From positions 20,894,001-20,958,000 of the forward strand of contig OX597826.1 of assembly GCA_951406725.2 (NCBI GenBank): a DNA stretch of 64,000 nt, in the 5' to 3' direction. How positions within the stretch are numbered: the first letter of the stretch is position 1; each line of letters begins with the position of its first letter. The notes beneath the pieces are model-generated. The model was not told the DNA's origin, searched no databases, and saw only the letters and a program-made list of their open reading frames with translations. Made by a program: the position numbers and the translations under genes. Below are positions 1 through 13,602 of the stretch, piece after piece. The stretch comes from Octopus vulgaris. Its lineage: Eukaryota.

Positions 1-94
1 GTACCTTTATCAGACGGGTAGTCATGATGGGTATATTGGGCTTCGTATATTTTACCCCAGTGTCACTTTGATGGCATGCACTGCTCTCTCACTC

Positions 95-133
<39 letters not shown>

Positions 134-331
134 CCTTTCTACTATAGGCACGGGGCCTGAAATTTGGGGGAGAAGCTAGTCGATTACATTGATCCTAGGG
201 TTCAACTGGTACTTATGTCATGGACCCCAAAAGGATGAAAATAAAGTCGACTTCAGTGGAATTTGATCTCTGAGCATAAAACTAGAAGAAATGCTGCTAA
301 GCACTTTCTTCTGCACCAATTCTGCTAGCTT
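134..331 (-). mobile_element. tRNA-derived SINE, family B (core GCCTTTCATCCTTT...GATAAA...GTACCAG, resembling the Meta-SINE domain)
   Basis: Diverged reverse-complement match to the copy at 53610. Confidence 0.7.
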
Positions 332-368
332 TGAAATGATGATAATAATGGTAAGATATATATATATC

Positions 369-722
369 ATCATCATCATCATCATCATCGTTTAACGTCC
401 GTTTTCCATGCTAGCATGGGTTGGACGGTTCGACCGAGGTCTGGGAAGCCAGGAGGCTGCACCAGGCTCCAGTCTGATCTGGCAGTGTTTCTACAGCTGG
501 ATGCCCTTCCTAATGCCAACCACTCCATGAGTGTAGTGGGTGCTTTTTACGTTCCACTAGCACAGGTGCCAGGGGAGGCTGGCAACGATCGGTTGGTGCT
601 TTTTACATGCCACCGGCACAGAAGCCAGTCAAGGCAGTGCTGGCATCAGCCACGTACGGATGGTGCTTTTTTAAGTGCCACCGGCACAGGTGCCAGGGTA
701 GGCTGGCAATGGCCACGATCGG
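369..722 (-). mobile_element. SINE family A with (GAT)n tail and three internal ~60-bp direct subrepeats
   Basis: Shares GGAAGGGCATCCAGCTGTAGAAA...GGACGTTAAAC(GAT)n with copies at 12878, 21434 and 33815. The unit GGTGCTTTTTA...GCACAG occurs three times. Confidence 0.8.
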
Positions 723-3454
723 TTATATATATGGCATAGTTTGCACCAGCCAGATTTGATCTGTAGCCCTCAGGAAGTTGTCCCATAACAACTTCTATTT
801 ATCCTCTCTTGTCTTCATCTCTTCTTCCTCCTTCTCACACTTAGAAACCACACTGAAGTACCTTAACTAAATTATTATCAAGGTACCTTAAGTTATCCTG
901 TGATATTAGAAACAACTTAGATTAATTTCCTGATAAATCAACATCAAATCATTTTACTTTATAATTTTTAATAAATTTAGTTTTATTTCAAGCATTTTTA
1001 GTCTTAAAATCTGTTGACTCCATTTTTTTCCTTGGAATCCATTAAATCTTCCTGTTTTTTCAATTTTTACCTGTCATCTTCAATACCTTATTGCCCTCTC
1101 CCTCCCTCCCACCCTATCTCACCGTCCCCTTCTCTCCGGCCCTCTCTATATCTATCTCTACCCCCCATAACCATTGTTTACACAACTTTATCTGCTTCCT
1201 TCCATTCAGGTTTTCCCAATCTTTTCTCCTATTTTAAATCTTTTAATTACTCATTTTATTTTATGTTTTTCTTATTTTAATTATTGCTATTATAATTATT
1301 CTTTAATACATGCCACATCCCCCACCGCCACCACCACCACCACCACCATCACCACCAACTCCTTCTCTCTCAATTACTAAATTAACTAACGAACCTCTTT
1401 CTTTTCTTTTCTTTTCTTTTCTTTCTTTCTTTCTTTTTTTACCTTCTCCTTTTTAATCACGCTAGCTTTTTCCTTACAATTGGACATATGGCACCGTTTA
1501 CTTTGTAATAATGAAAGCCAGAAGAAATCAGCACAAAAGTTTAATTCGTTCCCAAGCAAGACTACAACTGTCCGGGGTGGGGTTAGGTAGGTGGGGTGGC
1601 AGGAGGAGCTGCACCGGACGACGGAGAGAAAGAAAGGGAAAAACACCAACATCAAGAAGAAAAAAAAACTAAATCTAGATTCACAATAGAAAGTAATCTG
1701 GCCATGAAATGCGTCCTGTCTACAATTTTACTCAGATCTGTTTGGGGGCTTTTTTAGGGGCATTTTTTTTTTGTCATGTCTTAAACGTGTTTTTTTTTGT
1801 ATTTTTTTACTTTGCTGTGGATCAACTTTTAAATGTGGGTGGGAGTGTGTGTTTTGCTTCTTGTAACTGTTTTTTTTTTTATTTATTTACTGTATTTCTT
1901 GATATCCAAGTCTCCTCAATACAGTAGAGAAATAATTGGCACAAATATATACATACACATATGTATACGTTTATATGTATATATGTATGTCCATAAACAC
2001 ACACACACACACATATATATATATGTATGTATACATATATAATATATATATATACACATGATAGATATATATATATATGCACACACACACACACATATAT
2101 ACATATAGATACTTATATATGATATATACATATACACATAAGTAATATATGTATATACCCATACACACTCACACACACACTGACTATCATTGACTGCTTA
2201 CCTGTTTCTCTCTCTTTCTCTAATATGTGTGTATCAGTGTATGTGTGTGTGTGAATATAAAAGGAGAGAGAAGTACACACACACACACACACACTTGTAC
2301 ATTGATATAAAGACAGAGAGAAGGAGGGGGGAGGGAGTAAGCGAAAGTCCATTCTGTCTATTGAGCCTTCTTCTTGTCTTTTGTTATGTCTGCCAATCAT
2401 AACAAATCTAATTGTCTCTCCAAGTCCTTTGGAGGACAGTACACACACCACCACCACCCATGGCTTCTGTCTTCTTTTCATCATTGCCCATCTCCCTTCC
2501 CCTACCCCACACCCATCTACCTTTAATTATCAACAAAGTCTCAATAATACTTGTGGAGAGCTTTGAAGGTCAGCAGGATAATAAATGTCAGCTTACCTGA
2601 GTTTAGTGACAAAACATAAATAATTTTGGGGACTAAAACAGAGAGCAGTAATGTTTTAGGGGATTCAGGGTGTAAAAGCCTTGCCCTTTGTGAATTTGGG
2701 ACTCAGCTGGCCATGGCTGAGGGCACCTAGTAAACAATCTGTATCCAACATCATGAATAAAACAGGAGATAATTGTGACCACCTTGATTGATGACAGATC
2801 AACAATTTGATGACGCCATCAAAGATTACAAAACAATTTACAGCATCGTCAATGTCCGGCAGTATTAATTCTGTCGACGACTGTGAGCTAATGAAAAAGT
2901 GGTACCGTTCTAATCTATTGTGTCTTGAAGTACTTGCTTCTGTATCTTTAAAAGTGAGTGCTGAGGGATCACTGAATGGTGCCAGACATTACAGATATAA
3001 ACAAAACACAGTTTATTCCATAATTCACACCTGTTTTCTCACCTGAGTTCAGTAATTCTGGTAAATTAGTGTTGCACAGTCAATAAATGTCTTCTTTATA
3101 TTTTTACTAGTTCCAGCCAGTTAATTGTGGCTTTCTTGGGTACCATTCTTTTTTTCAAATAAAAGATGGCACTTTAGGTAAAATGAAGGTAGAATTTAGT
3201 CCAGGCATTGTGTTACAAGATTTGTCCAGTAAAGAAATAAAAATGGGGGCTTTGTTGGGACAGTGGGTGTGTTGACAAGACAACAAACAATAAACAAACA
3301 ATCCATCATATCTCTGACTGCTGTGACCCCTTCATGCACTGGGCTGAACCCTTTTACTGCCATGGACAACAATGTATTATATATATATATCGTTCATGAG
3401 CCCCAATACCTCACTAATGCTGGTTAAATAAAATGAAGCATTGGAATTGGAAAT

Positions 3455-3650
3455 TCAATTGTGGACCAACAGTTTGTGAGAGCCCATTCTGCAGCAAATA
3501 GAAGTGATTTTTAGCTGAACGGGAATGGAAGCATGTGAAATGAAGTGTCTTGCACAAGGATGCAATGTACTGCTTGGTCTGGGAGTTGAACCAACAACCT
3601 TTTGATTATGAGTGCAACAGCCTAACCACCAGACCATGCACCATCACATT
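3455..3650 (-). mobile_element. tRNA-derived SINE, family E
   Basis: Minus strand has A/B-box-like GGTCTGGTGGTTAGG...GGTTCAACTCC followed by CCTTGTGCAAGACACTTCATTTCACA, related to the copy at 12497. Confidence 0.6.
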
Positions 3651-3904
3651 CCTTAAACATACTTCATTTGGTTTGTCTGTGTGTCTTTTGAGACCAGCTT
3701 AAATAATCCTCTGCAAATATACCCTAACACTCATTAATTATTAATTTCTAACAAAGATATTTCATTGTATGGGAAGCAGTCAGACAAAGATTATGTCCAC
3801 TCCTTCCCTGGCTGGTACTTAATTTTATCAACCTCAGGAAGATGAGGGATAAAGGTATCCTTGGTAAGACTTGAAACCAGAACATAAGGAAGTATTGTCA
3901 TTAT

Positions 3905-4078
3905 TCCAGTTCTATATTTAAGAGAAGAGGAATTATCGACGTTACTTACATTTGATGGATATTTGTCCTCATCTTGTTTGTTGTTAACACATTTCGACTG
4001 ATATACCCTCCAGCCTTCATCTTGGGGAAATTTCGAACCTGGGTTCTCATTCCTAAGGTATTTTTCGATGTTATTATG

Positions 4079-4129
<51 letters not shown>

Positions 4130-4250
4130 ATTATTATTATTATTATTCAGGTCACTGCCTGGAATCAAACTCGGAATCTTGGGGTTAAGAGCGCAGGCTA
4201 GTAACCCCAAGATTCCGAGTTCAATTTCTGGCAGTGACCTGAATAATAAT
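3905..4250. mobile_element. composite element: inverted tRNA-like head, (AAT)n, then a decayed hammerhead-like segment (Penelope-type non-autonomous element?)
   Basis: 41-bp inverted arms at 4147-4187 and 4202-4242 (37/41 identical) contain a T-arm/B-box-like CCGAGTTCAATTTCTGG. Minus strand 3986-4027 reads GATGA-A-GGCTG-loop-CAGTC-GAAA. Confidence 0.55.
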
Positions 4251-4350
4251 AATAATGATAATAATAATAATAACAACAACAACAACAACAATAACAATAA
4301 TAACAATAACAACAACAACAACAACAGCAATAATAATAATAATAATAATA

Positions 4351-4385
<35 letters not shown>

Positions 4386-4430
4386 CATTATTATTATTAT
4401 TGCTGTTGTTGTTGTTATCATTATTATTAT

Positions 4431-4640
4431 TAAGGTGGCCAGCTGGTAGAATCTTCAGCACCTCAGGCAGAATGCTTAGTTTCATTTCATCCGTCTTTAT
4501 ATTTCTGAGTTCAAATCCCCTCAAGGTTGACTCTGCCTTTCATCCCTTTCAGGGGTTCATAAAACAGCACTGGAGTCAATATGATCAACTAGATGCCCTC
4601 CCCTCAAAATTTCAAGCCTTCAGCTTATAGTATGAAGGAT
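4431..4640 (+). mobile_element. tRNA-derived SINE, family B
   Basis: AGCTGGTAGAATC...GAGTTCAAATC...GCCTTTCATCCC; homologous to 53610. Confidence 0.75.
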
Positions 4641-4721
4641 TATTATTTTTATTATCTTCAACAGCTTGTCCAAAGTAAAGAGTGTCATAAAATAGAACAG
4701 ATTGCCGATTTTTGTTTACAG

Positions 4722-4822
4722 GTCCAGTGATGATCGATCTGAAGGAGGTATGAAGATTACAGACAAAGTTTCACATCACATGGTTGATAAAAACTATCCT
4801 TCGTTAAGTCACAGCGATTTGA
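4722..4822 (+). CDS. dac: dachshund homologue, internal exon (linker between DD1 and DD2)
   Basis: Acceptor ttttgtttacAG and donor GTAAGT. Open frame SSDDRSEGGMKITDKVSHHMVDKNYPSLSHSDL ends in phase 1, compatible with the exon at 6793. Assigned to dac by splice-phase chaining, not by homology of this exon itself. Confidence 0.7.
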
Positions 4823-6792
4823 GTAAGTTGACGATTAATTCTTTGATTTTTGTGTTGTTTTGCTAAAATGTGACCTAAAATATACTTTTTGTAAACTCCT
4901 TTTAACTCACCTTATCCTCATCATGACCTTCATCATCATCATCATTATTATCACACCCCTCTGCCACCACCATTATCCTCACCTTCATCACATCATCATC
5001 ATTATCATCATCATGCCCCACACCACCACCACTGCCACCACCACCACCATCATCATTATCATTATCATCATCATTGTCATCATCATCTGCTTTATGATAT
5101 AAATCCATTTTGATATCCATATTATTACAGCATACAGTATGTATGTTTAGTTATCCCATCCATTTTATATATATTTGTGTTACCATTTCATATCCTGAAA
5201 GATTTTGTGAAATAGTTTGTCAGTTGTTCACTTTGGTTTGGTGATATCAAATATTTTTTGTTTTTATGACAAATCAGTTAAAATCAGATAAAAATGTCTT
5301 TTAGACGAGAGAAAATTTACCGTGTGACAGCACCAATTGCCTGGTCTTTCACCCAGAGACTTCTACAGCCTGACCTCATTCTCAAACTCTTCCAGAATAT
5401 TCCATTTACTTCCTGTTATTTTGTTGATTAAATACATTATTTTAATTTCATTCAAATATTTCCCACTCTAAATGTTCATTTAAGAATTTTTCAACATTTT
5501 TTGGATTTCAAAGATTTTATTTTCTCAGAGTTGAAAACCTAAACAGACAATAAGATTGTTGTTGTCTAGAATTTCAGGCACTTTTAGGGTCTTCCTCATG
5601 AACAAAATTAAGGAATATCAAATTTTCCATTCCATCAGATTGCTGCAGTTGGGTATATTTTTGTGAAGTGAAGAATTAATGGAGTAATTAATTTTAGCTT
5701 TCTAAAATTGTTTGAAGTGATGGAAATAATTGATACTTTCTAGTAATTAATGAATTGTCGGTTGAAACCCAGTCTTTTCTGTTCATAAGACTCTCTATGA
5801 TTTGAAATGAACTTCTCTGAGATCCTCACTGACAAAACTCATCCATTTTTAAGCTGATGAGTTAGCAGAATCCCTGAAATGACAAACAGAATACATCATG
5901 GTATTTGTTCTGGCTCTTTATGCTCCAAGTTCAAACCTTACTAAAGTACCAATCTTGGGGCAGTGAATTGATGAAACTGTTAAATAATCCATTGAGACAT
6001 CTTGTAGTACCAATTCCAGATCTTTCTGTTCTCACTATGAATTCCCTTGCTTGCTTCTAGCCTAGTCTTTATCCCCTTTTTATATAAAGGGCCATTTGTG
6101 TCCTAGTGTTTTCCCCTTTTTATGAAGAGGGCCGTTTGAGTCCAAGTGGGGAAGCATTTGTGATTTTCTTGATACAGCTGCCATGTCTCTCCAATCAGTG
6201 AATCTCTCTGACTGACATCGATCATTTATCACTTTTCAACCCCCACCCCACCCCCAAATTGGAAGACTTTAAATGAAATTTCATAAATTCTGGTGGTGGA
6301 ATTTATAAAATAGGATTTGGTGATGAAGATGTCTGACTTGAAATATCAGAATAGGGAAAGGGATATATATGGAATTGGTAGATGAATATTATATGGAATC
6401 CAAAAGCAAAAAACGACTTACAGAATTCTAAGGGTGAATCCATGTATAATCTTGGAATATACTCATTGAATATTATGTAATTAGTTACATTTCATATGTG
6501 GTGTACATCATGTTTCATATTTGAAAACTACCACATTTCATATCCATAATTCACCATATTTCATATATGTAAGTTGTTCCCTAATATTGGTCAAAACCTT
6601 TAAAAAAAAGGCAATCCCCAAATGTAAAGTTTTTCCAATAATTATCACTGTTGCATGTAATAAAATTAAAAACTTATCTGGTTTAAGACAATGAAAAATC
6701 ATTTTGAATTATGGGAACTGAAGGTGACCATGAAGTCAGTTCTACATTGACGAGTTGTGATTGTTAGAAAATGAACTATTTTCTCATTGTAG

Positions 6793-6918
6793 GTCATAAA
6801 CCTCTCAATCTTCAGATTAATGGCCATGTGAGGGATCTATCGAAAACAGCCCCAAAACAAGATTATGATGATGACGATGATAATGATGACAAAGATTCAG
6901 ACGATGATAAAGACGATG
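6793..6918 (+). CDS. dac: dachshund homologue, internal exon (acidic linker)
   Basis: Acceptor ttttctcattgtAG and donor GTAAAT, phase 1 to phase 1. Frame (S)HKPLNLQINGHVRDLSKTAPKQDYDDDDDNDDKDSDDDKDD joins in frame to both neighbouring exons. Confidence 0.78.
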
Positions 6919-7699
6919 GTAAATAAAAGAATTGCTCTTTCATAGGAATAATTCTCAAATTAAACAGGTTTTAACATTATCCGAGTCTTCAATGATGTCT
7001 GCAAGTATCTTGTACATATTTGTACCATGTAATTTAGCAGATGTAGCAAAACAATATTGTACTATAATGAATGATACAATCATATAGTCATATAGTAATA
7101 TAATAAGATGGTTGTGTGTGAGATGTGTGTAAAGCCAAGTTTATTTTGGACAATAATATCTATAAGATTGGTAATACTGAATTGGTGGATGTTCAACAGA
7201 GGAATGAAATATGGAGAATGAGATGGATATTATTGGTGCCAGTAGAGTAAAGCAAGGAAAAAAGTGTAGGTTTATGATTGATGGCACTCAACATAATGGT
7301 AAATCAGAGTGAAAGATGGCATGGAATCAGTAAAATATGAGATTGGCAGGCTGAAGGTTTGAGAAAGAAATTAGTAAAAGACAAAAGCAGGTGGAAGAGG
7401 CTGCAGTAGTGTTGGCCATTGTGGCCGTTGCGGCCAGTTTGAGACAAATAGAAAACCAAGAATAATGATGTGTTTCCCTTATATTGATCTTCCATGTTTT
7501 AATGGCAATAAATCAGGAGGAGAAAAAAATTGCGAAAAGCCACTGGACCTTACAGAAGAGAAAATAGGTTCAATATAAGGTTTGGTAAAAAGGAATTAAA
7601 ATTCATTGACCTTTTCTCTTGTCTATTAATAAATGCCAGTTTCCTGTCTTTGGTTCATATTTCATGACTGAATACAATATGGCAGCCAGCACCAGGACT

Positions 7700-8220
<521 letters not shown>

Positions 8221-9070
8221 GAATGTAGTGTAATCATATACATGTGTATCTTTCCCTTTCTCTCTCTCAACTCTCTGTCTATATATATATATACATATAT
8301 ATATACACACACACCCACAGAGAGATAGATAGATTGATTGACAGATATCCCAAAAAATACACAGAGCTAACTGTGCAGGTTTTACTCTTTGTTTAACATT
8401 GGTTTCTGTCTTCCCTCCCAGAGAGAGAGAGAAAGAGAGAGAAAACGTGTCAATATTCTTTTCAAGTCTAACCCTCCCCCACCACTCCACCACCTTCCAT
8501 CAATATATAATCCCTTGTTTAACATAAATAACTTCATCTTAGGCACAGGATGGCCGTCTTTTCCTTCAATTTTTTTTTCTCTTTCAAAGAATGAATTACC
8601 GTAACTATGATTCTTCTTCAAGTACATATTTCGATATATTTATTACTGACACATATGTAATTGCTTTTGCAAAGAATACATATTACACACACACACATAT
8701 GGAGGGAGAGAGAGCACCATTTTAAAATGCACATACAGTGCATTTTAGAAAGAGTGAGGAACACTAAAATATACAGCAGTTTTAAGCAATACACCAATAT
8801 CTAAGTATGTGTGTGTGTGTGTGTGGTTTCATTTCTACATCTATTTCTCTAAGCTAGTGTAGGTTAGATGAATTGAGATATTCAACAGGAAAGTGCTCTT
8901 ACTGTCACTTACCCTTATTTGTTTTCAACTAAGGCATAAGGGATGTTCTTTGAAAGTATATGGCCAGAGGATGATTTGTTGAGAGAAAATAACAAAAAAG
9001 TCACTGCTTGTATTTCACGGATGTTTAAAAAGCACAAATAAAAGTCACAGATATACTCAGCCACACACAT

Positions 9071-9237
9071 AGGTGCAGGTACAGCTGTGTGGTCAGAAGT
9101 TTGCTTTGCAACCATAATGGTCCTTGGTGCAATTTCACTGCACAATACTTTAAGCAATTGTCTTCTAATATAGCCTTGGGCTGACCAAAGTGTTTTGAAT
9201 GGATTTGGTAACCAGAAGTAGAAACTGAAAGAAGCCC
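9071..9237 (+). mobile_element. tRNA-derived SINE, family C (Octopus OR-type-like), 5' half
   Basis: GCTGTGTGGTCAGAAGTTTGC...GGATTTGGTAACCAGAAGTAGAAACTGAAAGAAGCCC; homologous to 24876 and 38585-38744. Confidence 0.7.
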
Positions 9238-9238
9238 A

Positions 9239-9296
<58 letters not shown>

Positions 9297-9317
9297 ATAT
9301 GTATGTATACATACAGT

Positions 9318-9488
9318 GGGCTTCTTTCAGTTTCTGCTTACCAAAGTCCACCAAATCCACTCAGAAGGCTTTTGTTGGACCAAGGCTAAAATAGAAAACA
9401 CTTTTCCAAGGTGCCATGCAGTAGGATTGAACCTGGAACAATGTGGTTGGGAAACAAACTTCATACCACACTTCCAACTCTGCACCTA
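9318..9488 (-). mobile_element. tRNA-derived SINE, family C, 5' half, inverted relative to 9071
   Basis: GGGCTTCTTTCAGTTTCT...AAGGTGCCATGCAGTAGGATTGAACC is the reverse complement of the family C head. Confidence 0.7.
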
Positions 9489-9585
9489 TAATGATGAATT
9501 TTAAAGCAAATAACATTCATAATTAAATAAACTCATTTAGAAAATTATTTTCATTTTTCCCAGATCTGTCTTTTTTTAGGGCAGA

Positions 9586-9645
<60 letters not shown>

Positions 9646-10496
9646 CATTATTATTATTATTTGTTGTTGTTGTCGTTGTTGTTATAAAGGCAGTGCACTG
9701 GCAGAATGGTCAAATTCTGCTGAGATTGGTGTTACAATTTCCCCCTCTCAGAATCAATAAATCATTTACCAGTCATATACTGAGGTTGATGCATTCAACT
9801 AGCCTCGCCTCTTAAATTACAAATAATTTTTTCTAAACTTATTTTGTTTCCTTAACAAAATTTCGTTAATAAACTGCAAATTTAAACAACATTTATAAAT
9901 TAGCATCCTTAAATATTTCATTAAAATAAACTTATTTTAAATAATTATATTCATTTTCCTTCATCAAGTTGATTTTCATTTCCTTTCTACATTAATTCCT
10001 ATTTTTTAAAACTAACAGATTTTTGTAGAATGTAGAGAAAGGTAAACGAAAACGAAATTCTCGAGGCTTTTTTTTAAACATTTTTCCCTGTTGAAGAAAC
10101 ACAGAACCAAAATTATTTCAATAGTTTTATTTTATTATAAACATTGCAACAGAGATGAGCGAGACTGACATATGTAAACTAGGGGGGAGAGCCCTACACC
10201 CACCACCATGCTGGCCTTATCTCACTGCCACCCCGCCTCAGACCCCACCCCATGTATATACACTCACTGAATAATTCTTGAAATGTATTTGCAGTTTCCG
10301 TTTTCCTCTTCCCATTCCCCTTTCTTCTTCTTCTCCTCCTCCTCCTCCTCCTCCTCCTCCTTCTTCTTCTTCTTCTTCCTCCTCCTCCTCCTCGCCCTCC
10401 TCTCCCTCCTACTGCTGCTCCATGGCACTCACTATTATATATACATCTTAAATGTCAGAAGTTGTGTTTCATCAGAGATACGAAGATGATCCACAT

Positions 10497-10540
<44 letters not shown>

Positions 10541-10710
10541 TACATATATATATATACACACACATATATATATACATACATATATATATATGTACACACA
10601 TATATATGTTTGAGTTTTTATAATTAATATGAATATATTTTGAATGTATATATAAATATATTACAGTATAGATACATACATATTGATGTATGTGCATGTG
10701 TGTGTGTATG

Positions 10711-10778
<68 letters not shown>

Positions 10779-11290
10779 CAGAGATACATATATCTGTGTG
10801 CTTGTTTATCTAAAAATGCTTATGTATATATGTATGTATGTATGTATGTACATTTTCTCTTCCAGTTCTCAGAGCAGTAGTTGCTGTTTATAAAAGCTAT
10901 GCTAACATCCTGTGTTAGTTGCCCCCTGAAGTAACCTTACCTAATGCCTCTTAAATCATTGGAGATGACTTCTTTCAAAACTCTTCCACCACCACCACCG
11001 CCACCACCAACACCAACACCGACACCTTTTCCTCTCCAAATATGACCATCTTGTATTTTACCACTAACATACTCTCAAAGAAAACTTCCTCCAACTTCAA
11101 ATACATATGTACACACACACACACAGACATCCACACCCACTCACACACATACACATACAACCACATATACACACATACATCTCTCAATTCTTCAACCATA
11201 AGATAAATCTCACTTAGCTGTTTCTATAAAATACACAAAAATAAGAGAAAAGTTATCATCACCATCATCATCATCATTATCATAAAGTAA

Positions 11291-11333
<43 letters not shown>

Positions 11334-11574
11334 CATTTTGCAGATAAGTGATTATTGTGTTTATCTGAAAAATAGTTGTGTATTCAGGAAAATTTCAACA
11401 AAGTTTTGAGTTGTTGATAGAATCTTACTTCTACACACCACCTCGTACACATACATGCACACACACACACACGAATGCATGCACACATACACATTAATAC
11501 TCTATTCCTCATTGACACTCACATAATAGTTATTAATGCATACACATACATTTATACAGACATACGCATGCAGG

Positions 11575-11623
<49 letters not shown>

Positions 11624-11939
11624 ATGCGAATTCAGAATGTTGAATCGTTTTGATTGTGTGTGAACAGCTTATTTTTTGTTTGGTGGAGATCTTTGTTGAG
11701 TTGTGGTGGGTCAGAGGAGATATTTGGGAGTGAATCATTTAATACACACACACACACACACACACACACAATTTCACCTCTCCTCTTCCTCTCTCTCAAT
11801 CTCACAGTCACCCACCACCACACATATTTATTATATTAGCCATGCTAATGTTATGCATCAATGAACAATAATATTCCTGGTTATAGATTTCCAATGGACC
11901 AAGCTTTGGTTCACTGAACTTCCGATGCCAAGACTGGCA

Positions 11940-12450
11940 CGAGGTATTCCACTAGTCATCCTCTAGCAGCCTGGTTTTCATTGACCAAAACGGTTTCTAG
12001 GACAATCTCTGGATATTTGTCTGATATTCTGACAGTCAACTGTAGGCTCTTGCATGACAGAATTCTTTTTGTGGCAAGACTGACGAAGTATTGTGTCATG
12101 TGATGCAGTTTGATGGTCATGTGACCCAGCCTGATGGTCATATGATCCATGCTTCATAGCAAGGCTTGAAGTTTGATGAAGAATGGTGGCACGAACGAAT
12201 GTAGTTGTCCTATTGTTGAGGACACAGCAAATTTCTCTTGGGTCGGTGTCCCACTTAACTGTCCCCACAACAGTCTGTAAAGGGATTGGTAAGAAAACCA
12301 ATATCAATTCTACTGTAGATTGTTCCCTAGCCATTAAATTGTGTAAAAGGAATGGTGACTGTAAGGATATTCCATCGTAGACACCAGAGATGAACAAGAT
12401 ATTTGAATATGAACCAACTCTTCTTCTGTGACAATCTGTCACCACCTGTG
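11940..12450 (-). mobile_element. possible highly decayed non-LTR retrotransposon 3' fragment (RTE-like)
   Basis: Minus-strand translation ...NSVMQEPTV...RDCPRNRF weakly resembles the RTE C-terminal RGRPRxRW region. Confidence 0.3.
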
Positions 12451-12496
12451 TCAGCGTGCAAGATGCTTGTAAAATGATGATGACATATATATATCT

Positions 12497-12795
12497 AGTG
12501 GCCAGTGTAATCAGTTCGTGGCCATAAGATCAGGAGTTCAATTCATGGTGGTGAATTGCATCCTTGAGCGAGGCACTTTATTTCACATTGCTCCAATCCA
12601 CTCAGGGGCAAAAATGAGTTGTACCGGTAATTCACAGGACCAGCCTTGGCACAATTTATGTCATGTTGAATCTCCCTGAGAACTACATTAACGTGTGTCT
12701 GTGGAGTGCTCAGCCACTTGCAGGTTTTTGTTATGAGCAGGCTGTTCTGTTGATTGGATCAACTGGAACCCTCATCATCATAAGTGATGGAGAGA
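12497..12795 (+). mobile_element. tRNA-derived SINE, family E
   Basis: GAGTTCAATTC B-box-like motif followed by CCTTGAGCGAGGCACTTTATTTCACATTGCTCC. Confidence 0.6.
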
Positions 12796-12877
12796 CAGAA
12801 AAATAGATGCCGTCTAGACTTACCCTTTCTTCTGATGAGTTCTAATGCCCTTCAGCACTGTTGTCAATAAGCTTTCG

Positions 12878-13156
12878 TTGCCAGTGCCACTGGAATGGCT
12901 CCTGTGCAGGTGGCACATAAAAAACACCATTTGAGCATGGCTATTCCCAGTACCGCCTGACTGACCCTCGTGCCAGTGGCACGTAAAAGCATCCACTACA
13001 CTCTCGGAGCGGTTGGCGTTAGGAAGGGCATCCAGCTGTAGAAACTATGCCAGATCAAGATTGGAGCCTAGTGTAGCCCTCTGGTTCGCCAGTCTTCAGT
13101 CAAATCGTCCAACCCATGCTAGTATGGAAAACGGACGTTAAACTATGATGATGATG

Positions 13157-13158
<2 letters not shown>
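12878..13158 (+). mobile_element. SINE family A
   Basis: TTAGGAAGGGCATCCAGCTGTAGAAAC...CGTCCAACCCATGCTAG...GGACGTTAAAC plus (GAT)n tail. Confidence 0.8.
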
Positions 13159-13191
<33 letters not shown>

Positions 13192-13193
<2 letters not shown>

Positions 13194-13410
13194 AGGCAGT
13201 AGGCTGGCAGAGTCATTAGTGCACTGTACAAAATGCTTAGCAGTATTTCACCCATCTCTACATTCTGAGTTCAAATTCTGCTGAGGTCGACTTTGCCTGT
13301 CATCTTTCAGAGTTGATATATTAAGTACCAGTGAAACACAGGGGTTGATGTAATTGACTATTCCCTTCTCCCAAAATTTCAGGCCTTGTGTCGTTAGTAG
13401 AAAGGATTAT
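13192..13410 (+). mobile_element. tRNA-derived SINE, family B (CpG-depleted copy)
   Basis: Collinear with 53610-53835, with CG changed to CA/TG at most sites. Confidence 0.8.
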
Positions 13411-13418
13411 GATTGTTA

Positions 13419-13479
<61 letters not shown>

Positions 13480-13557
13480 GGCGTGAGAATTTGGTGGGTT
13501 ACTATATATATATATATATATATACACACATAGTAACCCACACACACCACACACACC

Positions 13558-13602
<45 letters not shown>

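Noticed and set aside
2592-3046. Minus-strand donor-like sites (CTTAC|CTG, CTCAC|CTG) suggesting an antisense gene
   Set aside because: No matching acceptor or convincing open frame was found.
4183-4240. Functional tRNA gene
   Set aside because: The 5' acceptor strand and most of the D arm are missing, and it sits within a repeat element.
7150-7420. Possible RTE 3' remnant (GLRKKLVKDKSRWKRL)
   Set aside because: Only one short motif; too decayed to support.
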